Shown piece by piece: positions 1-9,923 of a stretch of DNA of 32,276 bases. Where the stretch lies: IMG/VR virus record IMGVR_UViG_3300012953_000111, positions 1 to 32,276 of that record; one strand, given 5' to 3'. A program made the translations under genes and the position numbers. The notes under the pieces were generated by a model. It did no database searches and was not told the DNA's origin. It saw only the letters and a list, made by a program, of their open reading frames with translations. Each line of letters begins with the position of its first letter. The stretch's first letter is position 1. The DNA is from a virus (lineage: Duplodnaviria; Caudoviricetes).

Positions 1-1
1 A

Positions 2-121
2 GCAGACGTAGACACCGTATTCGGTGTTATTAAAAGTGCTCAACAACAAAAATGGACTCAAGTATTATACAGTATACCGGGATTGAGCCAAACGGTAAAC
101 GCCTTTACATTCACCTTTTAA
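2..121 (+). CDS. 3' end of a small hypothetical virion-associated protein (partial), probable paralog of 134..376
   Basis: Frame open from the window start to TAA at 119-121: ADVDTVFGVIKSAQQQKWTQVLYSIPGLSQTVNAFTFTF. It aligns by eye with the C-terminus of the next ORF. Confidence 0.65.
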   Translation, partial: ADVDTVFGVIKSAQQQKWTQVLYSIPGLSQTVNAFTFTF

Positions 122-133
122 ATTTTAGAAATT

Positions 134-376
134 ATGAATAAATTTTTAGTAATTGGAAATTATAATTTTGGAGGCAATGTATTATACGTTGGATTAGTTA
201 CAAACAATATTGTTTTGAACTATCCTGACAAGCAAATAACTTTAGCAGGTGCAGGAAATATGGTTGCCGCAGACAAAACGGCTATCGAATCTGCTCTTGT
301 AACTGTTTGGGGACAAGGCTATACAGACGCAACCATTAACGTGACTCTAAGTCAAGCGATAACAACGATTTCATAA
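134..376 (+). CDS. small hypothetical protein, possibly a capsid auxiliary/decoration protein
   Basis: 80-aa ORF with an A-rich leader, followed by an intrinsic terminator and upstream of tail genes. Function inferred from position only. Confidence 0.7.
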   Translation: MNKFLVIGNYNFGGNVLYVGLVTNNIVLNYPDKQITLAGAGNMVAADKTAIESALVTVWGQGYTDATINVTLSQAITTIS

Positions 377-398
377 AACTCGTTTTAATCGATAATCA

Positions 399-434
399 AA
401 GAGGGGTCAACAAAAATTGACCTCTTTTTTTTTT
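399..434 (+). terminator. Rho-independent terminator
   Basis: AAGAGG(GG)TCAA-caaaaa-TTGACCTCTT hairpin followed by a long T run. Confidence 0.8.
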
Positions 435-437
435 GCT

Positions 438-445
438 TATCTTTG
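438..445 (+). promoter_or_regulatory. Bacteroidota-type promoter -7 element (TAnnTTTG)
   Basis: TATCTTTG 15 nt upstream of ATG 461, directly after a terminator. TTG at 417-419 is a possible -33 element. Confidence 0.7.
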
Positions 446-460
446 TGAAAAAGAATACCA

Positions 461-1192
461 ATGATAAATTCTGTACGAAATACCGTATTGTCCATTCTAA
501 ATAAAAATAATTACGGTTACATATCTCCATCAGATTTTAATTTATTTGCCAAACAAGCGCAATTAGATATTTTTGATGATTATTTTTATCAGTATAATCA
601 ATTGATAAACCAAGAGAACGCTAGAATATCAGGAACAGGATACGCTGATGTAGCAAAAGGATATGAAGAGGTTATTGATTTATTTTCAATGACAAACACA
701 TTAACTCAAAGCGCTTTAAACCAATATTTTTTGCCATCTATTTCTACAACGGGAGATGATTATTATTTAATAAATAAAGTATTATGCTCTTCTGGTGGTG
801 TATTATTGGGTGAAGCAGAAAAAGTGTCTAATAGTAAAATAAACTTGTTAAATAGTTCACACTTAACTTCTCCCAACGCAAACTTTCCAGCATACACTCT
901 ACAAGGAGGTTTGATAACTATCTTTCCGTCTTCATTTAATGGAGCTACAGACATAGAGGCACAGTACATTAGATACCCTAAGGCCCCTAATTGGACATAC
1001 ATTAATGTGGTAAACGGAGATCCCGCTTTTAATCAAAGTGCAGCGGATTTTCAAGACTTTGAATTATCACCAGATGATGAGACTTCTTTAGTATTTAAAA
1101 TTTTACAATACGCAGGAATGTCAATAAGAGAATTACAAGCAGCACAATTTGGAGCTGAACAAGAACAAATGGAAGAACAAAACGAAAACTAA
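461..1192 (+). CDS. tail tubular/ring (head-tail adaptor) protein
   Basis: 243 aa. The motifs 'INSVRNTVLSILNKNNYGYISPSDFNLFAKQAQLDIF' and 'YIRYPKAPNW' resemble ring proteins of Bacteroidota podoviruses, and it lies upstream of the nozzle gene. Confidence 0.65.
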   Translation: MINSVRNTVLSILNKNNYGYISPSDFNLFAKQAQLDIFDDYFYQYNQLINQENARISGTGYADVAKGYEEVIDLFSMTNTLTQSALNQYFLPSISTTGDDYYLINKVLCSSGGVLLGEAEKVSNSKINLLNSSHLTSPNANFPAYTLQGGLITIFPSSFNGATDIEAQYIRYPKAPNWTYINVVNGDPAFNQSAADFQDFELSPDDETSLVFKILQYAGMSIRELQAAQFGAEQEQMEEQNEN

Positions 1193-2115
1193 TGGCATAT
1201 TTATCACAGTATCAATATTACGACAATGCGGGCGCTTCCCCTAATAACGCTAACTGGGGATCGTATCAATATGTAAGCTTAAAAGATGTAGTAACTAATT
1301 TTGAACTTATGTATTACGGTAATCATTCTTTAATTAATAATGAGCCTCGATATAAAATTTTATTTCATACAAAAAGAGGTATCCAAGAGTTAAATTATGA
1401 TGCGTTTAAAGAAATAAAAGCATTAGAATTAAAAGTTTATGACTCTTTAACGTTTACTTTGCCTGATGACTATGTTAATTGGGTTAGAGTTTCATTATAT
1501 AAAGATGGATATTTACGACCCTTAACTGAAAATATTCAAGTAAATTCTGCCGAAGCTTACTTGCAAAGCTCAACGGGTACTTTAAGTTTTAATGCGGATG
1601 GTACAGTTGTAACAGCGCCGTCTACTTTAGATACGCAACGTGTCTCTGGTGAACAAAAAAGTATATACTTAAATAAAAACAATGCTTATAACAATCAAGT
1701 TGGAATAAGCGCTGATAATCCAGATGGTAGGAAAGATTATAATATTGGAGCACGTTACGGTTTAAATACTGAAACTGCTAATTTTAATCCTACGTTTAGA
1801 ATAGATAAAAAAGCGGGGGTAATTAATTTTGACTCCACAATGGCTAATGAGCAGTGTGTTTTAGAATATATTTCAGATGGCATGGAAGGAGGAGACGATG
1901 CCAATATTAGTGTAAATAAATTATTTGAAGAGTACTTATACGCATATGTTACGTATGCAATGTTAAACGGTAAATTTGGAGTTCAAGAATACATAATTAA
2001 CAGGGCAAGAAAAAATAAAAGTTCTTTGTTAAGAAACGCAAAAATAAGAATCAGTAATATCCATCCAGGACGATTGTTAATGAATCTAAGAGGAGAAAAC
2101 AAGTGGATTAAATAA
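1192..2115 (+). CDS. second tail ring/adaptor structural protein
   Basis: 307 aa, coupled to the previous ORF by a TAATG overlap. Motifs 'KRGIQELNYD', 'LPDDYVNWVRVS' and 'LEYISDG' are typical of phage tail adaptor/ring proteins. Confidence 0.65.
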   Translation: MAYLSQYQYYDNAGASPNNANWGSYQYVSLKDVVTNFELMYYGNHSLINNEPRYKILFHTKRGIQELNYDAFKEIKALELKVYDSLTFTLPDDYVNWVRVSLYKDGYLRPLTENIQVNSAEAYLQSSTGTLSFNADGTVVTAPSTLDTQRVSGEQKSIYLNKNNAYNNQVGISADNPDGRKDYNIGARYGLNTETANFNPTFRIDKKAGVINFDSTMANEQCVLEYISDGMEGGDDANISVNKLFEEYLYAYVTYAMLNGKFGVQEYIINRARKNKSSLLRNAKIRISNIHPGRLLMNLRGENKWIK

Positions 2116-2116
2116 A

Positions 2117-5100
2117 ATGGCAAACACGCAAAGAAATTTTATTCAAGGCAGGATGAACAAGTCTCTTGACGAAAGACTTGTACCTCAAGGCGAACATATT
2201 GATGCACTCAATGTAAGGCTAGGCTCTACCGAAGACTCAGAAATTGGATCTGTTGAAAATTCTAAAGGAAATACAAAGCTTACAAGCTTAGAGTATGTAG
2301 AAACTGGAAGTCAAACAGGTGGAGTGCCGCTAAGTTCACAGGCTAGATGTTTAGGTGTTTTTGAGGATGGTAGTAAAGATAGAATTTATTGGTTTGTACA
2401 TGATCCAGCATTTACTGTTGGGCTTACAAAAAAATTAGATTTAATCGTCTCATTAAACCCAACCACAAATAACTTAGCATATCATGTAATAAGCATTGAT
2501 GATGGTAGTGGCGTAAACACTACTCTTAATTTTAATCCTTCACACTTAGTAACTGCTGTTAATAAAATAGAAGATTTACTTTTTTTTACTGACAATTTTA
2601 ATCCTCCAAGAGTTATAAATGTTTTAGAAAGTTATCCGTTTCCTAACTTTAATTTAGATGTAATGACGGCGGAGGAACTACTAGTAATTAAAAAACCTCC
2701 TATTAATGCGCCATTATTAACTTTAAAATCTCAACAAAATAACCAAGATGACTTTTTAAAAGAAAGATTTATATGTTTTGCTTATCGTTATCAATATGCA
2801 AATGGAGAGTTTTCAGCTACATCACAATGGACTGAACCTGCTTTTGATCCAGGTATATATCGTTACAGTTTTTCGAGTAATTTAAACGAGGGTATGGTTA
2901 ACACCATAACAGGAATTGACGTGGTTTTTAATAGTGGTAGTGAGTTAGTAAAAGCTGTTGAAATATTATATAAAGAAAATACCGATAATACTATTAAAAT
3001 TATTGATAAGCTTGATAAAGGCTTGTTGGGATATGCTGATAATACAGATTATTCTTTTGCATTTAATAATAGCAAAATTTTTACTATCCTACCATCAACC
3101 GAGTTGTTAAGATTATATGATAATGTCCCACTAAGAGCACTAGCTCAAACTATAATGGGGAATAGACTTGTATATGGTAATTACTATGAAGGTTATGATT
3201 TAGTTGATATATTTAGTAATCCGATACAATTAGAATTTACGGCAAATTTAATAGAAGCAGAAATTACCAACGTAAACTTAACTACAAGTACTGAGTCTGG
3301 AACTTATACTTTTGGTAGTAGTCAAACAATCGCACAGTCTGTGGGGGTTGTAGATATGTCATCATTAAATCAATTTACTGATTTAAAAGCTGGCACATCT
3401 TTAAATATAGATTTTACATTTGAACATTCGTTATACGATCCTACAACTGGACAACCGACAACAGAACAACAAAACACTGATATTCAATTTGCATACAATT
3501 TACCTGAAGACTACACTTCTGTTTTTGATTTAGTTAGTTCAGCAGATTTTCAAGAGGCAATTGGTACTGCTTCAAATATAAAACCAGTATACGACGCTAC
3601 TAATCCTACTTCTTGTTCAGGGTTTACTTTAACTGATTCTTTTAATTGTTCTGTAGACAGCACTCAAACTACTGCTAGCGGAACAGTGTTTAAATATGAA
3701 AGTGGAATAACTTCATCAACCACTGTAAGTGGTGAGCCTATTGCTATAATTGGTAACTCTCCAGGAGCTACTAGCATTAAGTTTCAAGTACCAGCAATGA
3801 GATACGTGACTGATGTTGCGTCTCCATCTGGCGGGTTTTATGAATATTATAAAATAATTTCTATAACAGCTACTTTTAATAGTGTTGGAAATCCTAAAAG
3901 TTTACATAGTAATCGAGGCTATGAAATAGGAATTGTATATATGGATGAGTTTCTAAGATCTTCAACTGCATTAGTAAGTCCCACAAATACAATTCAAATA
4001 CCTTGTGCAAATTCAAGAAGGCAAAATCAAATACATGTAACTATTCCATGGGGGCAAAGAGCGCCGCAGTGGGCAAAACATTATAAGTTTGTATTAAAGC
4101 CTGACCAGTCTACGTATGAAACTATTTATAGTGAAACATTTTTTGCTGACCCATTAAGTTCTAGTTTTTACTTTTTATTAGAAGGTGAAAATGCTGCTAA
4201 AATTGAAGCTGGGCAACGGTTGATTGTGAAAGCTGATAGTGGAGGAGCTGTAGAACAATGTGTCGAAGCTGTTGTTATAGACAAAAAAGTTCAGTCCCAA
4301 GATTTTTTAAAAATAAGAAACCCTTTTGACACCACAACTCCTCCGGATCCAACTGCAGAGGGGTATTATGTTAATGTTCCAGCAGGCCCATATATGGAAA
4401 TTGTTCCCAATGGATTTAATGTAACATCATCTGAAGAGATTGGAGGTAATAGAATTGCTTATCCGGCATTAAGATCTACTTTTCCTATATTAAATAAAAG
4501 CCGTGGTTATCCGGTGGGAATGGCTAGAGTAAACATTAAAAATCCAGACCCTAATGGAGCAAATGCATATGTTGACTACTCTATACCTGTTGATAGTAAA
4601 ATTAATATAAATATATTTCAAAACAGGCAAGGGGGTAATAGTGGGTGTGAAAGAAGAATAAATACTTATTCATCTCCAGATCTTTATGCTCAAGCAACAT
4701 ACACAAATTTTCAAAATTGGTTTGAAGGAGATAATATAGCGCAACTTATTTCTCAAGGCAGCATTGCTGATGTTGGCGGAGGCGGGACAATAAATAATGT
4801 TTACCTGGGTAATGGTACTCCAATTGTTGGAGCTGCTGGTTTAACTATTCCGCCTGAAACTATTGACAGCACAGATCAATCACCGTTTATAACAGTTGCT
4901 ATAGGAACAAATTATTATAATTTTTGGAGAAGTCAAGTAGATAATTCATTATGGTTTTTAGCAACTGGTACATTAAGTTGTAAAAGCTGGAGCGGCATTG
5001 GAGGCCATGCATCAAATTCAGAAATAGAAATTGTTGTTGAAAGGGCAAATAGCGGAGGTGTAATTGTTTTTGAAACAGTTCCAAGTAACGCTTCTCCAGA

Positions 5101-7795
5101 TATATGGTATGAAAATGATTTGTCATTTACTATAAATGACATTGGGGAACATAATGGAAATTTACAACCCCAAAACATACAAACTCAAACTCCTGCAATT
5201 ATTAATACTAACTTTTTTAACTGCTTTACATTTGGAAATGGTGTTGAAAGCTATACTATTAGAGACTCAATAAAAGGTGAGGCTTTTACGTTTGGTAATC
5301 GTGTAACAACTACGGCAGCACAAGACTATAGAGAGGCTCACAGATTTGCTGATTTAACATACAGCGGTATATATAACGATGAATCTAACATAAATAAACT
5401 TAATGAGTTTAATTTAGGGTTGGTTAATTATAAAGGATTAGAAGATTCTTTTGCTTCTATACAACTTCTTTATGCTAGAAAAGATGATATTTTAACTTTA
5501 CAAGAAGACAAAATATCTTATGTCTTAACTAATAAAGATTTATTAACTGATGCTGATGGCTCAGGATCTTTAACTTCAGTGCCAACCGTTTTAGGTAAAC
5601 AAATACCAAGGATTGAAGAGTTTGGTATTAGTAGAAACCCTGAAAGTTTTGCCGTATTTGGAGCAGATAAATTTTTTACTGACGAACAACGTGGGGCTGT
5701 TATTTTGTTAAAAGGAACAGCTTACAACAATGAGACTTTAAATGTTATTTCCGAGCAAGGTATGCGAGGATGGTTTAGAGATATGTTTCATGACAATTTT
5801 GATTCACAAAAATTAGGAGGATTTGATCCTTATATGAACGAATATGTTTTGTCAGCAAATAGTATTAGTTTACCATTTGTAGGAGATTGTGATTTATGTG
5901 GAACTAGTAGGGATTTAACGCTTATACCTACAGAATCTATATCGTATTGTGTGAATGTTACTCAAGAAGTTGGAACTGTTAATATAGATTACGTTTTACC
6001 AACTCAAGGAAATACTAGTATTATAACACAAATTAATACACCAACTACAGGAACTGGTGAAGTTCAAATAATAACTGAAACTAATTCAGCTGCAGCTTCA
6101 GGAAATAATATAGTGGAAGAAGATTCTACTTCAAACAACACTTATACTATAACAGTCTTATATAATGGGTTAACTTTTACTACTGGACCAGTTAAAACTA
6201 GTGGAACTCTAGCAATCGATAAAAATTCTGTTTATGCTGATACTCTTACGGTGACTGCATCCTCTAATAGTATTACATCTGATACGATTGAAATAACAAC
6301 AAACTGTCCTGAGCCAGATCAAATAAGTATATATCAAGTTTCAATTACTAGTAATGCTGACAGGGGTAAATTTATACATAACGAGTATAGGTGGACTGAT
6401 GGTTTGTTTGTTTCTCCAATACATTCTGAACTTGTAGAATTTAACAACGGTACTGAGTATCCTTTAGTTTCACAATTTACTAAGCTTGTTGGTTCACAAG
6501 GGGCTGGAGTTATACCTGACGACGGCGCACAGGTTACTATTATAAGTAATAAAATAGACTTTGATGATTTTGAGTTTGACGAAAACACAAATAATTTTAG
6601 ATATTTAAGAACTGCCACCTTTTATGGAGGTACTTCACTAACTGAGATGGCGGCATTATTAGCCGCTAGCACGACTGCAACTCCTATAAACAATAGATTT
6701 GCACCTGAATATTCTGCATATTTTAATATGCCAGCAGGAACAGCGGTTGAAAATAATTTATATTTAATTTGGGATTATAGGAAATCTACTCAAGTTCAGC
6801 TTTGTTATTCTGCCGTAAGTGCGGTTGATGCTTGTTGTACTTGCGCAATTGTACCAACACCTACAGCTACACTAACCCCTGTACCCACAACGGCTACATG
6901 TACGTCTTATACCTTGGCTATTTCTGGAACTTGTACAAGATATATAGTTCAAGGAGGTATTTCAGGTGGGACTTATAGTTATACTGACTGTGATAATACC
7001 ACTTTTACTAATTTAATTTTAGCCGTTAATGAAGAAACTTCTGTTTGCGCACAAACTAGCTCTGTAACGGTTACAGGAACAGTAACTACAACAACAGAAA
7101 ATGTGTGTGGAGGTTCATCAGGAACGTTTTCATGGCAAGACTGCAGTGGCACACCACAGACTGAAACAGTACCTGCAAACCAATCTATAGTTGTATGTAG
7201 TCAAACACTACCAATTCAACCCGCTGGACAAGGTGGTTCAATTACTGCAGGAGCCGTGTGTATTGATTACTATTATAGAGCTACTTTATGTACTAGTGGA
7301 ACTGTAGTCTTTTTATCTGGAAGTCAAGCGTTAGGATTATTTAAAATAGGAGACATAGTACAGTTCAGAGATATAGCTACTGGTAATAATTTATGTGCCA
7401 CTATAAATGCTGTAGGAATTGGAAATGGTGGAACTGGTAAAATAAATTTAGAAGCGTCAGGATGTGCTGACAGTACAAACTGTCCTTCAGCTACCACCAC
7501 TATATACCAATGGCGAATTAGTTCTACCAATTCAGCTATTCCCATACTTTGTAGTGATAATACATTTTGTGATCAATTAATTTTTACTTATGCATCAAGT
7601 TTTGCAACTGTAACACCAGGTGTTACTCAATTTTATAGAGACAGAAACGCAACACAACTATATCAAGGCACGAATAAGTTTTATGCTTTAGCAGCACCAT
7701 CCGCAGGAAGTACAACAACGGGTCCTGCATTTAGAGATGGAGTATTAAATATAAACGACGTTGGAACAGCTAATCAATTATATACATGTCCATAA
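2117..7795 (+). CDS. tail nozzle/'stabilization' protein (P22 gp10/crAss muzzle-like), N-terminal part, with a C-terminal Cys/Thr-rich extension
   Basis: 1892 aa. Family-typical motifs 'GRMNKSLDERLVPQGE..DALNV', 'LFFTDNFNPPRVIN', 'GNRLVYGNY', 'FGNGVES..IRD', 'EFGISRNPESFA' and 'GGFDPYMNEYVLS' (ending ~5854). About 645 aa of Thr/Cys-rich modules follow. Confidence 0.8.
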   Translation: MANTQRNFIQGRMNKSLDERLVPQGEHIDALNVRLGSTEDSEIGSVENSKGNTKLTSLEYVETGSQTGGVPLSSQARCLGVFEDGSKDRIYWFVHDPAFTVGLTKKLDLIVSLNPTTNNLAYHVISIDDGSGVNTTLNFNPSHLVTAVNKIEDLLFFTDNFNPPRVINVLESYPFPNFNLDVMTAEELLVIKKPPINAPLLTLKSQQNNQDDFLKERFICFAYRYQYANGEFSATSQWTEPAFDPGIYRYSFSSNLNEGMVNTITGIDVVFNSGSELVKAVEILYKENTDNTIKIIDKLDKGLLGYADNTDYSFAFNNSKIFTILPSTELLRLYDNVPLRALAQTIMGNRLVYGNYYEGYDLVDIFSNPIQLEFTANLIEAEITNVNLTTSTESGTYTFGSSQTIAQSVGVVDMSSLNQFTDLKAGTSLNIDFTFEHSLYDPTTGQPTTEQQNTDIQFAYNLPEDYTSVFDLVSSADFQEAIGTASNIKPVYDATNPTSCSGFTLTDSFNCSVDSTQTTASGTVFKYESGITSSTTVSGEPIAIIGNSPGATSIKFQVPAMRYVTDVASPSGGFYEYYKIISITATFNSVGNPKSLHSNRGYEIGIVYMDEFLRSSTALVSPTNTIQIPCANSRRQNQIHVTIPWGQRAPQWAKHYKFVLKPDQSTYETIYSETFFADPLSSSFYFLLEGENAAKIEAGQRLIVKADSGGAVEQCVEAVVIDKKVQSQDFLKIRNPFDTTTPPDPTAEGYYVNVPAGPYMEIVPNGFNVTSSEEIGGNRIAYPALRSTFPILNKSRGYPVGMARVNIKNPDPNGANAYVDYSIPVDSKININIFQNRQGGNSGCERRINTYSSPDLYAQATYTNFQNWFEGDNIAQLISQGSIADVGGGGTINNVYLGNGTPIVGAAGLTIPPETIDSTDQSPFITVAIGTNYYNFWRSQVDNSLWFLATGTLSCKSWSGIGGHASNSEIEIVVERANSGGVIVFETVPSNASPDIWYENDLSFTINDIGEHNGNLQPQNIQTQTPAIINTNFFNCFTFGNGVESYTIRDSIKGEAFTFGNRVTTTAAQDYREAHRFADLTYSGIYNDESNINKLNEFNLGLVNYKGLEDSFASIQLLYARKDDILTLQEDKISYVLTNKDLLTDADGSGSLTSVPTVLGKQIPRIEEFGISRNPESFAVFGADKFFTDEQRGAVILLKGTAYNNETLNVISEQGMRGWFRDMFHDNFDSQKLGGFDPYMNEYVLSANSISLPFVGDCDLCGTSRDLTLIPTESISYCVNVTQEVGTVNIDYVLPTQGNTSIITQINTPTTGTGEVQIITETNSAAASGNNIVEEDSTSNNTYTITVLYNGLTFTTGPVKTSGTLAIDKNSVYADTLTVTASSNSITSDTIEITTNCPEPDQISIYQVSITSNADRGKFIHNEYRWTDGLFVSPIHSELVEFNNGTEYPLVSQFTKLVGSQGAGVIPDDGAQVTIISNKIDFDDFEFDENTNNFRYLRTATFYGGTSLTEMAALLAASTTATPINNRFAPEYSAYFNMPAGTAVENNLYLIWDYRKSTQVQLCYSAVSAVDACCTCAIVPTPTATLTPVPTTATCTSYTLAISGTCTRYIVQGGISGGTYSYTDCDNTTFTNLILAVNEETSVCAQTSSVTVTGTVTTTTENVCGGSSGTFSWQDCSGTPQTETVPANQSIVVCSQTLPIQPAGQGGSITAGAVCIDYYYRATLCTSGTVVFLSGSQALGLFKIGDIVQFRDIATGNNLCATINAVGIGNGGTGKINLEASGCADSTNCPSATTTIYQWRISSTNSAIPILCSDNTFCDQLIFTYASSFATVTPGVTQFYRDRNATQLYQGTNKFYALAAPSAGSTTTGPAFRDGVLNINDVGTANQLYTCP

Positions 7796-7807
7796 TGAAA
7801 AATAAAC

Positions 7808-7815
7808 TAATTTTG
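7808..7815 (+). promoter_or_regulatory. Bacteroidota-type -7 element
   Basis: TAATTTTG in the 28-nt intergenic gap before ATG 7824. Confidence 0.5.
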
Positions 7816-7823
7816 ATATAATA

Positions 7824-9884
7824 ATGGCAGCAGCAGCAACTTTTTATATAGACACGCCTGACTTTGAAAATGCAACAACTGTTTTTTCAGATGCCGCTTT
7901 AACAACGTGCGCTGCAAATGGATTTTATCAAATAGGAGATGTTGTTCGAGAACAAGTAGATTGCGTAGGTGGTTTAGGCGGGAGATTATTACCTGCCGAG
8001 ACCTGCGCTACATGTGGCTCACCTCCAACTAACGCTCCTACATTAGCACCGACGGCACCTCCGTCTACGCCTACACCTACTATTGTTCCGCCTGCGGCTT
8101 TATATTATAAAGTTTTATCATGTCCTGATGGAGCGGGAAGATCATTTAAATTTACATCTTTTACCCCAAACACTTCATCTTTAAGTCAAAGATATTTAGA
8201 TGCCGCAAACAATATAACTTATACGTATGATAATGTTGCAGGAATAAACAACCCGCCTGCAGGAAGTGTCGACAATACTTTACAAGTGGTCACTAGCACT
8301 TTTGGGTGTCCACCGGTACCTACGGTATACAATTTTTACAACGCTCAGGAATGTAATAATAACACTCGAATTGTAGTTAGAACACCCTCAACAACGACAC
8401 TTACATCTGGTCAAGCTGTAAAAGTTACAGACGCTAATTCGTTATGTTATGAAATTTTAAATATTGCACCAACCACTACTGTGTTTAAGGATTTGTTTGG
8501 CACTGCATTTACTAATTGTGCTACGTGCGATCCGCCACCAGCACAACCTAATGCATTTAAAATAACTCAATCTGGACAACCTGACAATGAAGTTCAACAA
8601 AGTACTAGCAACCCTAGATCTAAAGGCGATGAAGTTCTAACAAATATAAACTCTAATTGTTGGACATTAGGGGATCCTGTTGTTAGTTCTACAGGAAATA
8701 CAATAACAGGAGACTGTCCTGTTCCTTTTGTGTGTTCAACCTATACTATAGGCGCTAATTTAGGTGGTAATGCTAGTGTAACTTATAATATATGTTATGA
8801 TGGAAGCAGTGCGACTGATACAATTACGGCAGGTACAGAAATAACGATATGTGCTAAAACAGATACTTTTACTATAACTAATGGAACCCTTATAACAACT
8901 GGTTCCGATCCATGTACACAACCAAATCCACCTGTAGTAGCATTTGATTTTTATACTGCCACCCCATGTAGCGGAGGAACTTCAATAGTTGTTAAAAGAG
9001 ACGGTGCAAATTTACCAACAAATTCATCAGTTAAAATAAATGGTGGGGCAACTTGTTATAAAATAAATGGCGGGTCTTCATCAATTACTTCAAGCAATAC
9101 AGTTACATCCACTTTTCCTGATTGTAATACTTGTGATCCTATTGTTAGTTGTTTTGCTTTACAATTAACTTTTTCTAATACTGTTTGTCCATCTAATAAT
9201 CCTAGTACTGTAATGGCTGACACAAATAATTTTGGTACAGCTACTATTCTTTATCCTGCATTTACAAGCTGTTTAAGTACAGCTGTGGCCCCTTCAGGAT
9301 ATTATACGGGTACTGACACAAGTAGTAATACAAAAATTTCAAGATACTGGGACGGAATTACTTTAGGAACCGCCACATCTTGTACCGCACCAACAACTGT
9401 AAGGGCGACGCTTACTCTAATAGATAATCGAATTGTTGGGCCAGCGGCTGGATATACAATTTCAGGAGATCAAGTTGGAGATATTAAAACTGGTACTTTT
9501 GGAGCGTTTACCCCGTTTGTTTTTTCTACTACAGTTCAAGCTAATCCAGGCTATACATTTACTGTAGCCTCTAATGTTGTCAATTTTTTTGGTTCTTTAA
9601 ATACAACTAATATAACTGGAACAACTACGATTACAGGGACTATTGAACAAAATACTGGTAACCCTGTACAATTAGTTGAAAGATGTGGAGACCGAGCAGC
9701 ATTTTATATGGATACTGGTTATGCAGGAGGTAGAAATTCAGGTAATGTTGTATTATTAAGAAGTTATAATAGTCAAGGTACGGTATTTTGTGGTCAAGTT
9801 ATTGGATTTAGAAATGTACCTGCTAATAGTGCATTTATAAGTTACGTAACAAACGCAGGTTGTTTCGATCCTAGATGTACATAA
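7824..9884 (+). CDS. Cys/Thr/Pro-rich modular virion surface (tail fibre/spike-like) protein
   Basis: 686 aa, about 28 Cys by hand count. Repeated ~60-70-aa modules ending CxxC-DP, and a Pro/Thr linker SPPTNAPTLAPTAPPSTPTPTIVPP. Lies in the tail gene cluster. Confidence 0.7.
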   Translation: MAAAATFYIDTPDFENATTVFSDAALTTCAANGFYQIGDVVREQVDCVGGLGGRLLPAETCATCGSPPTNAPTLAPTAPPSTPTPTIVPPAALYYKVLSCPDGAGRSFKFTSFTPNTSSLSQRYLDAANNITYTYDNVAGINNPPAGSVDNTLQVVTSTFGCPPVPTVYNFYNAQECNNNTRIVVRTPSTTTLTSGQAVKVTDANSLCYEILNIAPTTTVFKDLFGTAFTNCATCDPPPAQPNAFKITQSGQPDNEVQQSTSNPRSKGDEVLTNINSNCWTLGDPVVSSTGNTITGDCPVPFVCSTYTIGANLGGNASVTYNICYDGSSATDTITAGTEITICAKTDTFTITNGTLITTGSDPCTQPNPPVVAFDFYTATPCSGGTSIVVKRDGANLPTNSSVKINGGATCYKINGGSSSITSSNTVTSTFPDCNTCDPIVSCFALQLTFSNTVCPSNNPSTVMADTNNFGTATILYPAFTSCLSTAVAPSGYYTGTDTSSNTKISRYWDGITLGTATSCTAPTTVRATLTLIDNRIVGPAAGYTISGDQVGDIKTGTFGAFTPFVFSTTVQANPGYTFTVASNVVNFFGSLNTTNITGTTTITGTIEQNTGNPVQLVERCGDRAAFYMDTGYAGGRNSGNVVLLRSYNSQGTVFCGQVIGFRNVPANSAFISYVTNAGCFDPRCT

Positions 9885-9923
9885 AATTTTAATGTAGTAT
9901 ATTAGTATATAAAATTTAATCTA

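Noticed and set aside
5855-9884. Diversity-generating retroelement target or CRISPR-like array in the repeat-rich tail region
   Set aside because: No reverse transcriptase is present, and I saw no near-identical nucleotide repeats or adenine-specific variant pairs. The repeats are detectable only at the protein level.
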